Assembly: GCF_031769215.1 (NCBI RefSeq)
Contig: NW_026781864.1
Span: 496,001 to 560,000 of the forward strand
Reading direction: 5' to 3'
Length of the DNA stretch: 64,000 nucleotides
Source of the DNA: Ylistrum balloti
Lineage: Eukaryota
Of this stretch, positions 1 to 12,365 are shown piece by piece. The position numbers and the translations under genes are program-made. Below the pieces are notes generated by a model that searched no databases, was not told the origin of the DNA, and worked only from the letters and a program-made list of their open reading frames with translations. Positions within the stretch are counted from its first letter, which is position 1, and the number at the start of each line of letters is the position of its first letter.

Positions 1-349
1 TGATTCATGCACGCCAAAGCTCACATAAAATGAAAACTTCTCTTTCTTATTTCACAAATTCTCATTTTGGATCCTATAGATAATATCAATCTTTGTTCAT
101 CTCATATTGCAGTACAACTAAATTCATTGTTCACTCCATATCGTTCTTCATGCAAACCATTACAAATGTGATCTTCAAAATCATCGCCAGTTTTGTGGGA
201 AGGATACAAGTATTTATCAGGGTGATCCTTACCCCATTTTATAAAACCTTAAACATGTTTACTGAGGTAGGAGCACAGTCCAATTTTAAGAAATATTCTC
301 AGAAAAAAATGTTTATGTTCTGATATTGACCAGTTGATAAACAACTTAC

Positions 350-3300
350 CATTAGTATCCCAGTATTTCCATGTACCGTCTTTAGACACTGATGCCATTC
401 TTAAATGAAAAAATAAATAATATCATATTTCAATAAATTCCATATGGACGTCCAACAGGTTGACTTAACATGTCTAACAAACCATTCAGGTGGTTACATC
501 ATGAAAATGATTTGAATGTCTGTGTTGGTAAATAACTAATTCATAATTCATAAAAACACTTCATTAGAATAGATCTACATTCAAATAACAGCAATTTGCT
601 CATTACCATATCAAACATAATGAGCAAAAATATCTTGTTTCTTCATGAAATTAAAAACATTTATTCCACTGAGCTTTTGTTCTCTTCTTTCATTTCTAAT
701 ATGCTTACATGAAGGTAATTTCTGTTCTCGACCACCTACCTACTATAATCATTGCCTACCAGAAAGGTAATTTCTGTCCTGTCCACTTACCTACTGTAAT
801 CATTGCCTACTAGAAAGGTAATTTCTGTCCCAACCACTTACCTACTGGAATCATTGCCTACTAGAATGGTAATTTCTGTCCCGACCACTTACCTGATGTA
901 ATCATTGCCTACTAGAAAGGTAATTTCTGTCCCGTCCACTTACCTGCTGTAATCATTGCCTACTAGAAAGGTAATTTCTGTCCCGTCCACTTACCTGCTG
1001 TAATCATTGCCTACTAGAAAGGTAATTTCTGTCCCGTCCACTTACCTGCTGTAATCATTGCCTACTAGAAAGGTAATTTCTGTTCTTGATCACTTACCTG
1101 CTGGAATCATTGCCTACTAGAAAGGTAATTTCTGTTCTTGATCACTTACCTGCTGTAATCATTGCCTACTAGAAAGGTAATTTCTGTTCTTGATCACTTA
1201 CCTGCTGGAATCATTGCCTACTAGAAAGGTAATTTCTGTTCTTGATCACTTACCTACTGGAATCATTGCCTACTAGAAAGGTAATTTCTGTCCCGTCCAC
1301 TTACCTACTGGAATCATTGTTAAATGAGAAACTATAAACTCCTGCGGTATGTCCCTTTAGTTCAAATGCCCGCTTGGTATCTGAATAGCTTCCATTTTTG
1401 TTGAAGCATACTTCCCACACTTTTACATCTGGTGTAAATCCTATCAATTAAAAACAGTGATTTTAAATTATAATTAGGGGTTCTCAAATAACAGGATGAT
1501 GGTTTGACTACTATTTTCATTTTTCATTTTACAAATTTTTATTTAACATTAATGCATGTTTTTTTTTTTTTTTTTCAACGTAAATGAGTGGTATAATAAT
1601 CACATTCCTCAAATAATCAAGATATCATGTGTAGGTGAACTAGGTTTATTATGGTTTAAAATATTGGTGCCCTGGGTTTATAATGGTTTACAGTGGTATT
1701 AATGTTTTCTACCCACATGTAACATGAATTGTCAATTGAATGCTTCAGCTGTTACTGTAATGTTGATTTACTGCAATTTCTTATTCTGATTTTGAGGCGA
1801 AATACATGTATAGAGCACAGATTTATTGTCATTAAATACATTTGCAGGGTAAAAATTCATTGCCCTTAAATACATTTACCAGGATACAGATTTCCTGCCG
1901 CAAAAAAAGGCATGTTCAAGACACAGAATCATTGCTTAAAGATCATTTCTAAAAGGTCATTAACAACTATTAAAAATTACTAAAACAGATTTTTATTTTT
2001 TACCTGAAGATGCAACAAATCTACCACAAGGTGAGACACAAGCAAAGGAATTGTTCATCTGATGCGTGTCGATAGACTCAAGCACTTCACCTGTAAAGGT
2101 AAAATATTTGAACACAGGTACATACAGTAAAGTTCCTTTTTTGTTTTTTTGATGATGGTTCAATTTTTATGGTTTAAAAAAAATCTTGATATAAATAGAA
2201 GTATTGTTTGAGTAAGTCATTATACAGACTTTTGTATTACAATGTATTTCATTTTACAGGGTATACATATCTCATTTTCACAGTATCCCGATCTCATTTT
2301 CACAGTATCCCCATCTCATTTTCAGGGTATCCATATCTCATTTTCACAGTATCCCTATCTCATTTTCACAGTATCCCTATCTCATTTTCAGGGTATCCCT
2401 ATCTCATTTTCACAGTATCCCTATCTCATTTTCACAGTATCCCTATCTCATTTTCAAAGTATCCCTATCTCATTTTCACAGTATACCTATCTCATTTTCA
2501 CAGTATACCTATCTCATTTTCACAGTATCCCTATCTCATTTTCACGGTATCCCTATCTCATTTTCAGGGTATCCCTATCTCATTTTCACAGTATCCCTAT
2601 CTCATTTTCACAGTATCCCTATCTCATTTTCAAAGTATCCCTATCTCATTTTCACAGTATCCCTATCTCATTTTCACAGTATCCCTATCTCATTTTCACA
2701 GTATCCCTATCTCATTTTCACAGTATACCTATCTCATTTTCACAGTATCCCTATCTCATTTTCACAGTATACCTATCTCATTTTCACAGTATCCCTATCT
2801 CATTTTCAGGGTATCCATAATTCACTTTCAGGGTATCCATATTTTTCTGTCTACATCATAAATGGGTGATAGACTCAAATTAATGTGAGAGTTATCTTAC
2901 CTTTAATGGTCCAGATGATAATGGTTGTATCACTACCACACGACATTATATATTTGCCATTACTTGCTATACCTATTCTTATTATGTCTGCCTGGTGTAC
3001 CTGGAAAGACAATGTAAACTCAACTTAAATCCTTTTTTGTGTGTGTTTTATTCATAAATATTTTATCAAAATAATTTGAAATATATCAAACCTGCATTTA
3101 TACTATAACTTTAATACCTCCTTTAACTAAAGGTTACTCTTGGCTTGTACAGTGTGTTGTTTACTTCTCACAATATATATACATGTTGTATTTATATGAA
3201 AGGTTAATATGAACTTTTGATCACAATTGCACAGTGTAGATTACAGTTGTATTCTTCTTCATAAATTCAGTCACATTTTATACATAACAAAAGCAGAATA

Positions 3301-6169
3301 TTATCCAATAATATTCAGTAAAATTTTCATCAGGTGGTTAAACCAAGAGCCCCATTACCTTGGGAAAGTCAAAAGCAGAGGTGATATTGCCTGGCGACCC
3401 ATCGTCTTTCTTGCCTATTCGATAAACTCGCAGAGCATTTTCATTGGCTAAGCTTATAATGAAAGCTCTGAAAAAAAGTTATGCAATCATAGGTAAAAAA
3501 AAATATCTGAAAAAGACAGTCAGTTCAGAAATAGAATTGACAGAGAAGAGAAGAGTTACTTTAAAACTGTCTACAATATATGTGATATTTAAATGAAAAG
3601 AAAAGAATTTAAAAACAAGTCTTTAATTTTGGTCCCAGCTGATCACTAATCCACCATAATTAATATATGAGTTTTCTAGAAGTAATAGGCCATTAGAAAG
3701 TGTTTTAAGATGCTTCGATCTGCCATTAATTTTAAAGAAAAAGGTTGAATGAAATAGCTAGTAAATCCCTGCTGTACCTACTTGGTATCTGGGCTGAATT
3801 TGACTTGAGTCCCATGATCCAGTTCTACAATGCCTTTAATAAATCTGAGAAAAAAAAAACATTTTCAAAAATTTGAAAGCAGCTGTATGTATAAAGTATT
3901 TTTTGTTTATGATCTCAATAGTTTTTTTTCAATTATCAATTAAAACAAAGTGTTACATGTACACTATATACTAACTTGTGTTCCTTTTGGTTGAAATCTT
4001 TGGTGCTCCATAACATAACACAGCGATCTGTTTAAAACACACCAGAAAAGAAGTCAATTAATAACACAAAAAGTATAGACAATAGTTAGACACTTTAGAA
4101 AAAAAAAAAAATTCAGGAATCTTTGTTTGTACCAAACCATTTCAACAAAACCCTTAGCAAACTCTTATGAAAGTCTGCCATAGATATGCAGTCACAGTTT
4201 GAACAAGAAATCTGAGGTCTGATGTTCTTCAATGGCAATTGATTCAAAAGTGAATTGAAGCGTTTTTTCTTAAATGGTGACCTTAAACAAAATATTGCCA
4301 TCTATTGATGAGGGACAAGTTTTGATATAAGTCTCTTTGATTGTAACATGATGTATAACCAAAGGAAAATTGACAGTAAGATGTAAATTCACTGACATAT
4401 ATTGTATCAAATATACTGCATTGGTATATTATACAATATCAAAATCTCTCTCGAAAGGTAATATGTTAAAAGAACCAGAGAACTTACTAACATGTTTGGT
4501 AAAGCCTTTTCTATGTCATACCTTCAGCAGTGGTAATGAGATATTTGCCATTTGGACTGAAGTCTATTCCTAACACAGCACTGCTGTTTCCCTTCAGAGT
4601 GCTTGCCAGCCAGGGATGTGTCACTTGCACCTGCTGTGGTTTCTTTGACCGAATATTCAGCTTCAACTTCTTTGAGTTTTTTTCTTGTTTAACTGGTTCT
4701 GTCTTGACTTTAGATACTTGATTTTCACCAGAGTCTAAAACGTGAAACACATAGATAACAATTAGACCAATTCCAGCTATAACAGTAAAGCAGTCAGGGT
4801 GGTCATGTGTCACAGTGGTAATACTACCAGAGCTCTCGATCTGCCAGATTTGGGGCCGAATTCCCAATGCAAAATAGTATCTTTTTTCCCCAATTTAGAC
4901 CCCAAGTTTTCCTAATTCTAAGGAAAATGCCGCTATTTTTCCCAATTCTAAGGGCCCCGGGTCCCAGTCCCAAAATGGGGTGTGAGAGCCCTGACTACTG
5001 ATTCCCCACATGGACATGGAAAGTAAACTCTGTAGAATATTCTTCTATTAAATTACACCATTTACAGCAATTGCATCCTTCATGAGCCTATCACTAAATA
5101 GTCAACACTTGTTATGGGTAAGATGCTAACATGAAAAACATTCAGTTTTTCCTTAAAAATTCAAAAAAAATTCAGTAAAATCAACATACAACTGTTGTAT
5201 GATTTCATCTCAAGTTTATGATTTATATCAACTCTGGTAAATACTAGCCACAATATACCGTTCTGCTTGAGAGAACGTCTCCAGCTCAATCAGTTGAGCA
5301 TCAGACAAGTAAGCCAGGGATCACAGATTCAAAACCATGCAGAGGCACTGAAATAAATAATTACCTCTCTTACATTGGCACCCGTGTAGGGACTTTGGAA
5401 TAATACTTCGCGTATCTTTCAAAAGCATCACTGTAACCCCTGGAAACTTGAGGACAAGTTGTTTCCTAAAGGGGGAGTATGTAACCCTGGTAAATACCAG
5501 CAGCAATATACTAGGGAGAACTTCTCTTTAGCTTGATCGGCTCAGCGTCAGCCTAGTAAGCCAAGGGTCACGGATACAAATCCCAGCACAGGCATTGAAA
5601 TAAATAATGACCTCTGTTACATATAAATTAAATATTTCTGCTTTAAAAATAATTGCCCTTTCTTCGCTTTATCCTCGTGGTAAATGCCAACTGAAATATA
5701 CCGCTTAATTGTTAGAGAAAACTTCTTAAACTCGATCGGTTGACCTAATAAGACGAAGGTCCAGGATTCAATCCCTTGCTGAAGCATAAAATAAATAATG
5801 ACATATATTACCATCATTTGGTGTTGCCTAATCACTCGTGTTTTTAATCGCCAAAAAAGCAAATGACCCCGAACGAAACAGAAAAAAAAATAAAAACAGT
5901 AAAATGAATCCATATGATTGCATGGTGTCTCAATATCATGGTATGTAAAAACGCATTGCAACATAAACTGCAACTTCAGTTACGCGTCTGCTTTTCGACT
6001 GTTCGATTCGCTGTATATGTGATGCAACCCTGCTTTAGTTACCTTCCTTCTGGTCTTTGGTATCTTTTTTCCATACACTACAAAGAAGTACCAATAGTAG
6101 TACGACAGCTCCAACAGCCGCAGTTACTGCCAGAGCCGGTACAGCAGAAGCTTCGGTTAAATCCGCCAT
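350..6169 (-). CDS. TBL2: Transducin beta-like protein 2 (WD40, N-terminal TM anchor); first 9 coding exons, 3' end lies outside the window
   Basis: Exons (minus): 6169-6043, 4734-4522, 4027-3976, 3844-3782, 3467-3359, 3000-2901, 2090-2004, 1440-1305, 399-350; all GT-AG with consistent phases. Translation MADLTEASAVPALAVTAAVGAVVLLLVLLCSVWK...THPWLASTLKGNSSAVLGIDFSPNGKYL...DRCVMLWSTKDF...GFTPDVKVWEV...RAFELKGHTAGVYSFSF...MASVSKDGTWKYWDT matches recalled TBL2 motifs. Confidence 0.95.
706..1319. repeat. 51-52 bp minisatellite, about 12 copies, starting within TBL2 exon 8 and containing its splice donor
   Basis: Unit aatcattgcctactagaaaggtaatttctgtcccgtccacttacctactgg; the last C of the ttac/ctac motif falls at 739, 790, 841, 892, 943, 994, 1045, 1097, 1149, 1201, 1253, 1304. 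Confidence 0.95.
2255..2835. repeat. 22-bp minisatellite in a TBL2 intron
   Basis: Unit atctcattttcacagtatccct repeated about 25 times; explains the spurious ORFs 2208-2861 and 2242-2820. Confidence 0.95.
4828..4993. mobile_element. Small MITE with CAGGG-type termini (hAT-like)
   Basis: cagagctctc at 4828 and gagagccctg ending at 4993 are inverted; GC-richer interior than the flanks; only a 5-bp flanking duplication (actac) is visible. Confidence 0.5.
5227..5374 (+). mobile_element. tRNA-related short interspersed element, copy A (decayed)
   Basis: agctcaatcagttgagc (A-box-like) ... acagattcaaaacc (B-box-like) ... gaaataaataattacctct; homologous to copies at 5480-5621 and 8817-8967. Confidence 0.7.
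5480..5621 (+). mobile_element. tRNA-related short interspersed element, copy B, with TGTAAC...GTTACA ends
   Basis: tgtaaccctggtaaa...tagcttgatcggctcagc...ggatacaaatccc...gaaataaataatgacctctgttaca; a further decayed tRNA-like head follows at about 5720-5800. Confidence 0.7.
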
Positions 6170-6509
6170 GATGCTGAGGTGTACTTACTATTCGAAGTTC
6201 TTCGGACTTTTCCATTGAAATATATTGGATGCGTTCCGAAGTTTACTTTCTGTTTCGGGAATTTGGAAATTTGTTTCAACCAAACGACATGCAAATCACG
6301 AAAAAATAAAGAAAATCGTCACCACGTTGCTAATTTAAATACTTTTCTAATTAAAATGCTGTTTAAAGTTAACGTTATGATAAAAAGGCAATAAATTACA
6401 TAATATGTATTCGTTCCGATTCATTTTTAATAAACCGAATCTGAAAGATTGCATTGTCAGCAATAACAGAAAGGCGTCGTCTTGTTTACACTTACAGTAG
6501 GGTACGACA
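6170..6509. promoter_or_regulatory. Probable bidirectional promoter between TBL2 and POLD4
   Basis: Divergent start codons at 6169 (minus) and 6510 (plus) are separated by only 340 bp. Confidence 0.65.
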
Positions 6510-9500
6510 ATGTCTAGTACTAGATTTATATCAGATACTTTCAAGTACGTGAAGAGGCCATCGTCGAATCAAGTATTGAAGCGATCTGACCTGGTCAGTC
6601 ACGATGATGGTAAGTTTCAGGTTTCGTTTCAATTTGCCTATAAAGAGGTAATTATCGGCTCATCAGTTTCGGACCACAGACGCTTTGGAAATAGAGACAC
6701 ATCGGCTCCAAACTTCACCAGCCCAATACTTCTTGGCCCGGTACTCTTTCGATTAAGATACCTTGGACCCTCAATCAAAATAAAATAATAGAAACGAAAC
6801 CCACATACTCGCTTAGAATCAGTACAGTATCGTCTGGATATCGGTTCCGGAACGTTATGTATTTAGGAACGACTATTTGGTCGTGCTGTATCGTATGGAG
6901 GGGGAGTGAGAAGGATTGGAACTCCGAGAAGAGACCAAAAAGAAAACTATACAAACATCGGGGGAATATCTCTATCCCGTAAGGGGCCAACCATGGAACA
7001 GAAAAACAAGAAAGATGAAAAACAAAACGATTAGCAGAAATTAACACCAAACAAACATTCTACCACTTGAACTGGTAATATAGATAGTATTCCGAATAAA
7101 CAAGATAAGATTTAATGATTAAAAGGCCACTTCTTTTTGCAATTGTTTGGCTATGGAAGTCCAAACATGCATGCCGTATATTGGAAAATTATGATTTTTG
7201 AATTATTACGTTTGATGATACATTTCTGATTTTATCAAACTAGCAAGTTTATCAACAGATATGGCTTATTTGAGGGAAAAAGGACTAACAATTGAAACTT
7301 TAACCTAATTCCCAGTAGAACAGCTGCACACATCAACACAGATATCCACCATTTTCATAACAATTCATTTAATTTACTACATGTGTATTTCTGGGTCACA
7401 TTTGGCTAACTCAAGCATCTCTGTGACTCAGAGATGTCATCAGAAACGAAAGTGCAGTCATATGTCTGATACACATGTCAGTCATTTCAGATCGAATTTG
7501 AGGTCGTATCTGCGGATGTTTTTTTAGAAAAATACTGATTAGTTTGGAAATAAATCTTACAGTATGAACACGTTTCAAGTTGTTTATGTATCTATTTGGT
7601 AGTGGTATTTCATCAACACAGTGTAGCAAGCCAAAAATAAATGTTAATGGGTCCGAAACTTATGTGCAATGGATAGATTTTTAAAAGCTTGAATCAAAAC
7701 AAAACAAACCAAAATCCTTTAGATTAAAGACTCAAAGAAAGGAAAGAGCAATATCAAAGCTTGTAAAATTTAGAAATTAATCAAGGCAGGGCAGACAGTT
7801 TAAAGGGCAGCAGGAGCTCTATTCTTAGCTGGATCGCCCCACAGCCTCAGAATCAAACTAGTCAGAATTGTTTTGAGGTTCTTTCTACTTTTGTAATAGG
7901 AAGGATTACCAAAAAACATCGTGCTACTGCTGGGGTTGGAAATAGTGGCCCTTCGGTCTCTAGCCTCTCAACTAAAGGGAAAATCTGACTAGCTGCAGAT
8001 TCAAACTAGTCCGAATTATTCTGATGTTCTGTCTTCTTTTGAGAGTCATGAAAAACACCCTACCACTGCTTTAGTTGGAGCTAGTGATCTTCTGGTCTCT
8101 AGCTGAACACACTACCTCTGAACTAAAGGGAATTTCCCACTAGCCCAATTAGTAAGGCGACCTGTACTCTCAACTACTCTCATCTTCTACACTACTCCCT
8201 CCTTCACAAAGTCTTTGACCCTAAAGCCATAACAACCCAAGTTCAATGTCTCCGAAGAAACATCTCGGTCTCCTATAGCTTCTACCCTTTAAGTGGTCAA
8301 CAGCACCAAATCTGTAATAGGAAGTAGTAATGAAATCACCATGCCACCACTGAAGTTCGAATTAGCGAGCCTCTTCTACACTTTACACTGTATGTCAAAA
8401 TAAAAAAGTCAACAGAACATCAGAATGAATCAGACTACCTTAGAACCAATCTATATTAAAACAATTTTATAACAGAGAGCCCAGATACTAAATTTTATCA
8501 AATTCAGGAAACAAAACTAAGATAAAATTTAAAGTCACCCAATTAAATTTTTTATTTATTTGTATTATTTCATTTCAGATAAACCTTCATCCAGTAAAAC
8601 TGACACGGATGAACTGTTTCCTGTCAATATCGTAAAGCACAGAAAAAGTGATAAAGACTTCCTCCGTGAATTTGACATGAACCTTGAATTTGGACCATGT
8701 ATTGGTAAATATACACACAGCTTAAATGACTAGGAAATGATACACAATTCAAAATTATCGTATTACTTTTAAGGGAAGAGAAACATACGCTGCTGTTTGG
8801 CTTATAATATGGCAATTGTAACAGAGGTCATTATTTATTTCAATGCCTCTGCTAGGAATCAAACCCATGACCCCTGACTTACTAGTCTGATGCTCAACCA
8901 ATCGAGCTAAAGAGAAGTTCTCTCTAGCCGAGTGGTATATTGTGGCTAGTATTTTACCAGGGTTACAGGTGATATTCTCAATCCAGTATCAACTTCAATT
9001 ATAATATGGCAATTGAATAAAATTATGCCGCATGATATTGTTTCCTAACTTTACTTGATGAAGAATGTAACGTAAATCCCAATCTCCATTTAAAAGAAAC
9101 GTACTGACAACTTCAGAAGAGTCTCCTGTCATAATCTCTTGTCAATGCCTCTCTGTGATGTCTGTTGTTATATCGATCTGCTTTTATGAATACCTTTACC
9201 ATTTGGAGATAGGCATGATAAATTTTCAGATATATACATTAGGAATCAATATGAGAAACACTTTAGATAACCCATGCAGAGAAACATTATAAGTCTTTAC
9301 AAATGCCTTGACCATAAATCCTGACCTGAATCTATCAAGAGTTTGACTAGAAAATGGACAGAGCTTTTAAATTGTCAGTGGTTGAAAGGGGCGTTTTTAT
9401 TTGCTAAGAACATGTGAAGGACTGTTTCAAACAAAAATTTAGCAAGTTTTAGCTTTATTTTAGTTTTGTTGATATTTGGATAATTATTTTTTATGCGTAT

Positions 9501-12072
9501 ACTAGAAATTAGTAAATGAATTTTGGTTTTAATGTGAAGCAAAGTCACGAGACACATTACGTCATTGCGTATGTTAGATCTATTGTTGAAGGGTCTTTAT
9601 AAAGTCGTAGAATATGAATAAGATCAGTAGAATAAGTTTCTGATCATTTAGATATTATTTGATAGGTATAACTCGTCTGGAGAGATGGGAGAGAGCACAC
9701 AAACATGGCCTTCAGCCACCTCAAGAGGTAAAGGAACTTCTGGTCAGGCATGCTGAGGATCCCAAATATACACAATGGTAAGACTGCTGTCCACACCAAG
9801 GTCTTCAATGTTCAACAAATTGTCAAGAGTTAGAAAATGCAGTTCGGTATTAGAGGTATGAAAGAAAGTGTAAATAAAATATATAGTATAGTAAACAGTT
9901 ATATCTATATTAAGTGTGAGTGTAAGATATTTTCAGTAAATAAGTGCCAAGATCTTTTCAGTAAATAAGTACCAAGATCTTTTCAGTGAATAAGTGTTAG
10001 ATCTTTTCAGTGAATAAGTGTTAGATCTTTTCAGTGAATAAGTGTTAGATCTTTTCAGTAAATAAGTGTTAGATCTTTTCAGTAAATAAGTGCCAAGATC
10101 TTTTCAGTGAATAAGTGTTAGATCTTTTCAGTAAATTCAGTCAAATAAGTGTTAGATCTTTTCAGTAAATATCTTTTCAGTGAATAAGTGTTAGATCTTT
10201 TCAGTAAATAAGTGTTAGATCTTTTCAGTGAATAAGTGTTAGATCTTTTCAGTAAATAAGTGTTAGATCTTTTCAGTGAATAAGTGTTAGATCTTTTCAG
10301 ATCTTTTCAGTAAATAAGTGCCAAGATCTTTTCAGTAAATAAGTGTTAGATCTTTTCAGTAAATACGTGTTAGATCTTTACAGTAAATAAATGTTAGATC
10401 TTTACAGTAAATAGGTGTTAGATCTTTTCTTTTCAGTAAATAAGTGCCAAGATCTTTTCAGTGTTAGATCTTTTCAGTAAATAAGTGCCAAGATCTTTTC
10501 AGTGAATAAGTGTTAGATCTTTTCAGTGAATAAGTGTTAGATCTTTTCAGTGAATAAGTGTTAGATCTTTTCAGTGAATAAGTGTTAGATCTTTTCAGTA
10601 AATAAGTGTTAGATCTTTTCAGTAAATAAATGTTCTGTCTTTAACAAATAAGTGTTAGATCTTTTCAGTAAATAAGTGTTAGATCTTTTCTTTTCAGTCA
10701 GTGAATAAGTGTTAGATCTTTTCAGTAAATAAGTGCCAAGATCTTTTCAGTGAATAAGTGTTAGATCTTTTCAGTAAATAAGTGTTAGATCTTTTCAGTA
10801 AATAAGTGCCAAGATCTTTTCAGTGAATAAGTGTTAGATCTTTTCAGTAAATAAGTGTTAGATCTTTTCAGTAAATAAGTGTTAGATCTTTTCAGTAAAT
10901 AGGTGTTAGATCTTTTCAGTAAATAAGTGTCTTTAACAAGATCTTTTCAGTAAATAAGTGTTAGATCTTTTCAGTAAATAAGTGTTAGATCTTTTCAGTA
11001 AATAAGTGTTAGATCTTTTCAGTAAATAAGTGCAAGATCTTTGGTAAGCACATGTGAGGTCTTCATTAAATTAGTGTTATGTCTTATTTGTAAATAAGTG
11101 TTCTGTCTTTAGTAAATAGGTGTAAGGTCTTCAGTAAAGAAGTGTTAGGTCTTAAGTAAATAAGTAATAGGTCTTCTGTAATGAAGTTTTCAGACTTGGT
11201 TAAATAAGTTTTAGGTCTTCAGTAAATGAGAATTAGGTCTTTTAAAGTAGGAAAGTTCTTCAGCAAATAATTAGTCGGTCGTAAGTTAAGAAGTGTTCAG
11301 CCTTCAGTGAATACGGTAAACTCCCAGTCAGTCTGAACAAAAATCAAATAAATATAGTTGTACCTATACAGAGTGTGGATTGAAACTTATGACTACGGAT
11401 TAATATTTGTTAAAATCTCTATGATTTGTAAAATTCTTTATTTGACATGATAAATAGGGACAGTCTTGACATGATTATCTTAGATATACATACTTGGGGT
11501 TTTACGTTATGTCAGCTGGCACCAGGACAGTGTAACAGTAAGATGTGAAGAAACCACGCTGAATCAATGCTAACTTAGTGACTTTTATGTGTATGATTTG
11601 GTAGTGTCAGTTTCCTATAATGGTCATTTACAGTCCACTACCATCAGCGTGTTTAACTCTGATGATTATACAGAGTGATTATTGTGACACCAATATCTTT
11701 ATCAATAGTTATAAAATTTGAATTATAAGTGAAACATGACTTTAAAGGGATCAAACTGTCATTAGACAAAAAAGAATTTTTTTATTGGAAAAAAAAACAT
11801 GTTTGAACTATCCACCTATTGCATCCTCGATATTCCAGGGGTTACTATCACTTTTGCTGTGTGAAAAAAATGTTAGTGATGGTAATTCCTATGCAGGCTG
11901 ATAGGAAGTTTACTGTATGTGTTAATTCTTCAATAAAGAATGTTAGAGTTTTGGTATGGAGGTGTAAGTTTGTAAATACGCATTAGAATTAGGTTTAACT
12001 TACAGTCTCCACTGAATTACTGGTGATATTTTTCTTACTTTTTGCAGTGTTTGGAATGACTATGTGATCTGA
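6510..12072 (+). CDS. POLD4: DNA polymerase delta subunit 4 (p12), 120 aa, complete
   Basis: Exons 6510-6609, 8579-8704, 9666-9777, 12048-12072 (363 nt, in phase). N-terminal PIP-like STRFISDTFKYVK; conserved C-terminal domain FLREFDMNLEFGPCIGITRLERWERAHKHGLQPPQEVKELL...YTQCVWNDYVI*. Confidence 0.93.
8817..8967 (-). mobile_element. tRNA-related short interspersed element, copy C (best preserved)
   Basis: Minus strand: tgtaaccctggtaaaatac...tagctcgattggttgagc (A box)...ggtttgattcc (B box)...gacctctgttaca. A 17-bp direct repeat ttataatatggcaattg occurs at 8802-8818 and 8999-9015. Confidence 0.75.
9935..11045. repeat. 24-bp minisatellite in POLD4 intron 3
   Basis: Unit agatcttttcagt(a/g)aataagtg(tt/cca), roughly 45 copies with local deletions; a decayed continuation runs to about 11310. 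Confidence 0.95.
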
Positions 12073-12158
12073 TCCACTAGAACATGGAGCTAGATTGACT
12101 CTGAATGCCTAAAACAGTTTGAAATATAGTGAAAAAGGGACCAAGTTATGTGTTCAAA

Positions 12159-12365
12159 TAGACCAGGATGGTCGACACTGTTGTAACGGGTCACGGGGTT
12201 TAATGATGAACTAGAATGATATTTTTGCCTGTATAACTAGGATGGCCGACACTGTTGTAATGGATCACCGAGTTTAATTATGGACTAGAATGATATTTTG
12301 CCTGTATAGACCAGGATGGCCGACACTGTTGTAACGGATCACTAAGTGTAAAAGATGGACTTTAA
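12159..12365. repeat. Three copies of an approximately 74-bp tandem repeat downstream of the POLD4 stop
   Basis: aggatgg(t/c)cgacactgttgtaa recurs at about 12165, 12239 and 12313. Confidence 0.8.

Noticed and set aside
2208-2861. 217-aa and 192-aa ORFs with repeated peptides
   Set aside because: Translations of the 22-bp minisatellite, antisense to a TBL2 intron; no splice or start context.
5282-5345. tRNA genes (here, and at 5528-5595, 8840-8910 and 32310-32380)
   Set aside because: A/B-box-like motifs are present but acceptor and anticodon stems do not pair properly and shared non-tRNA flanks follow; these are SINE-type derivatives.
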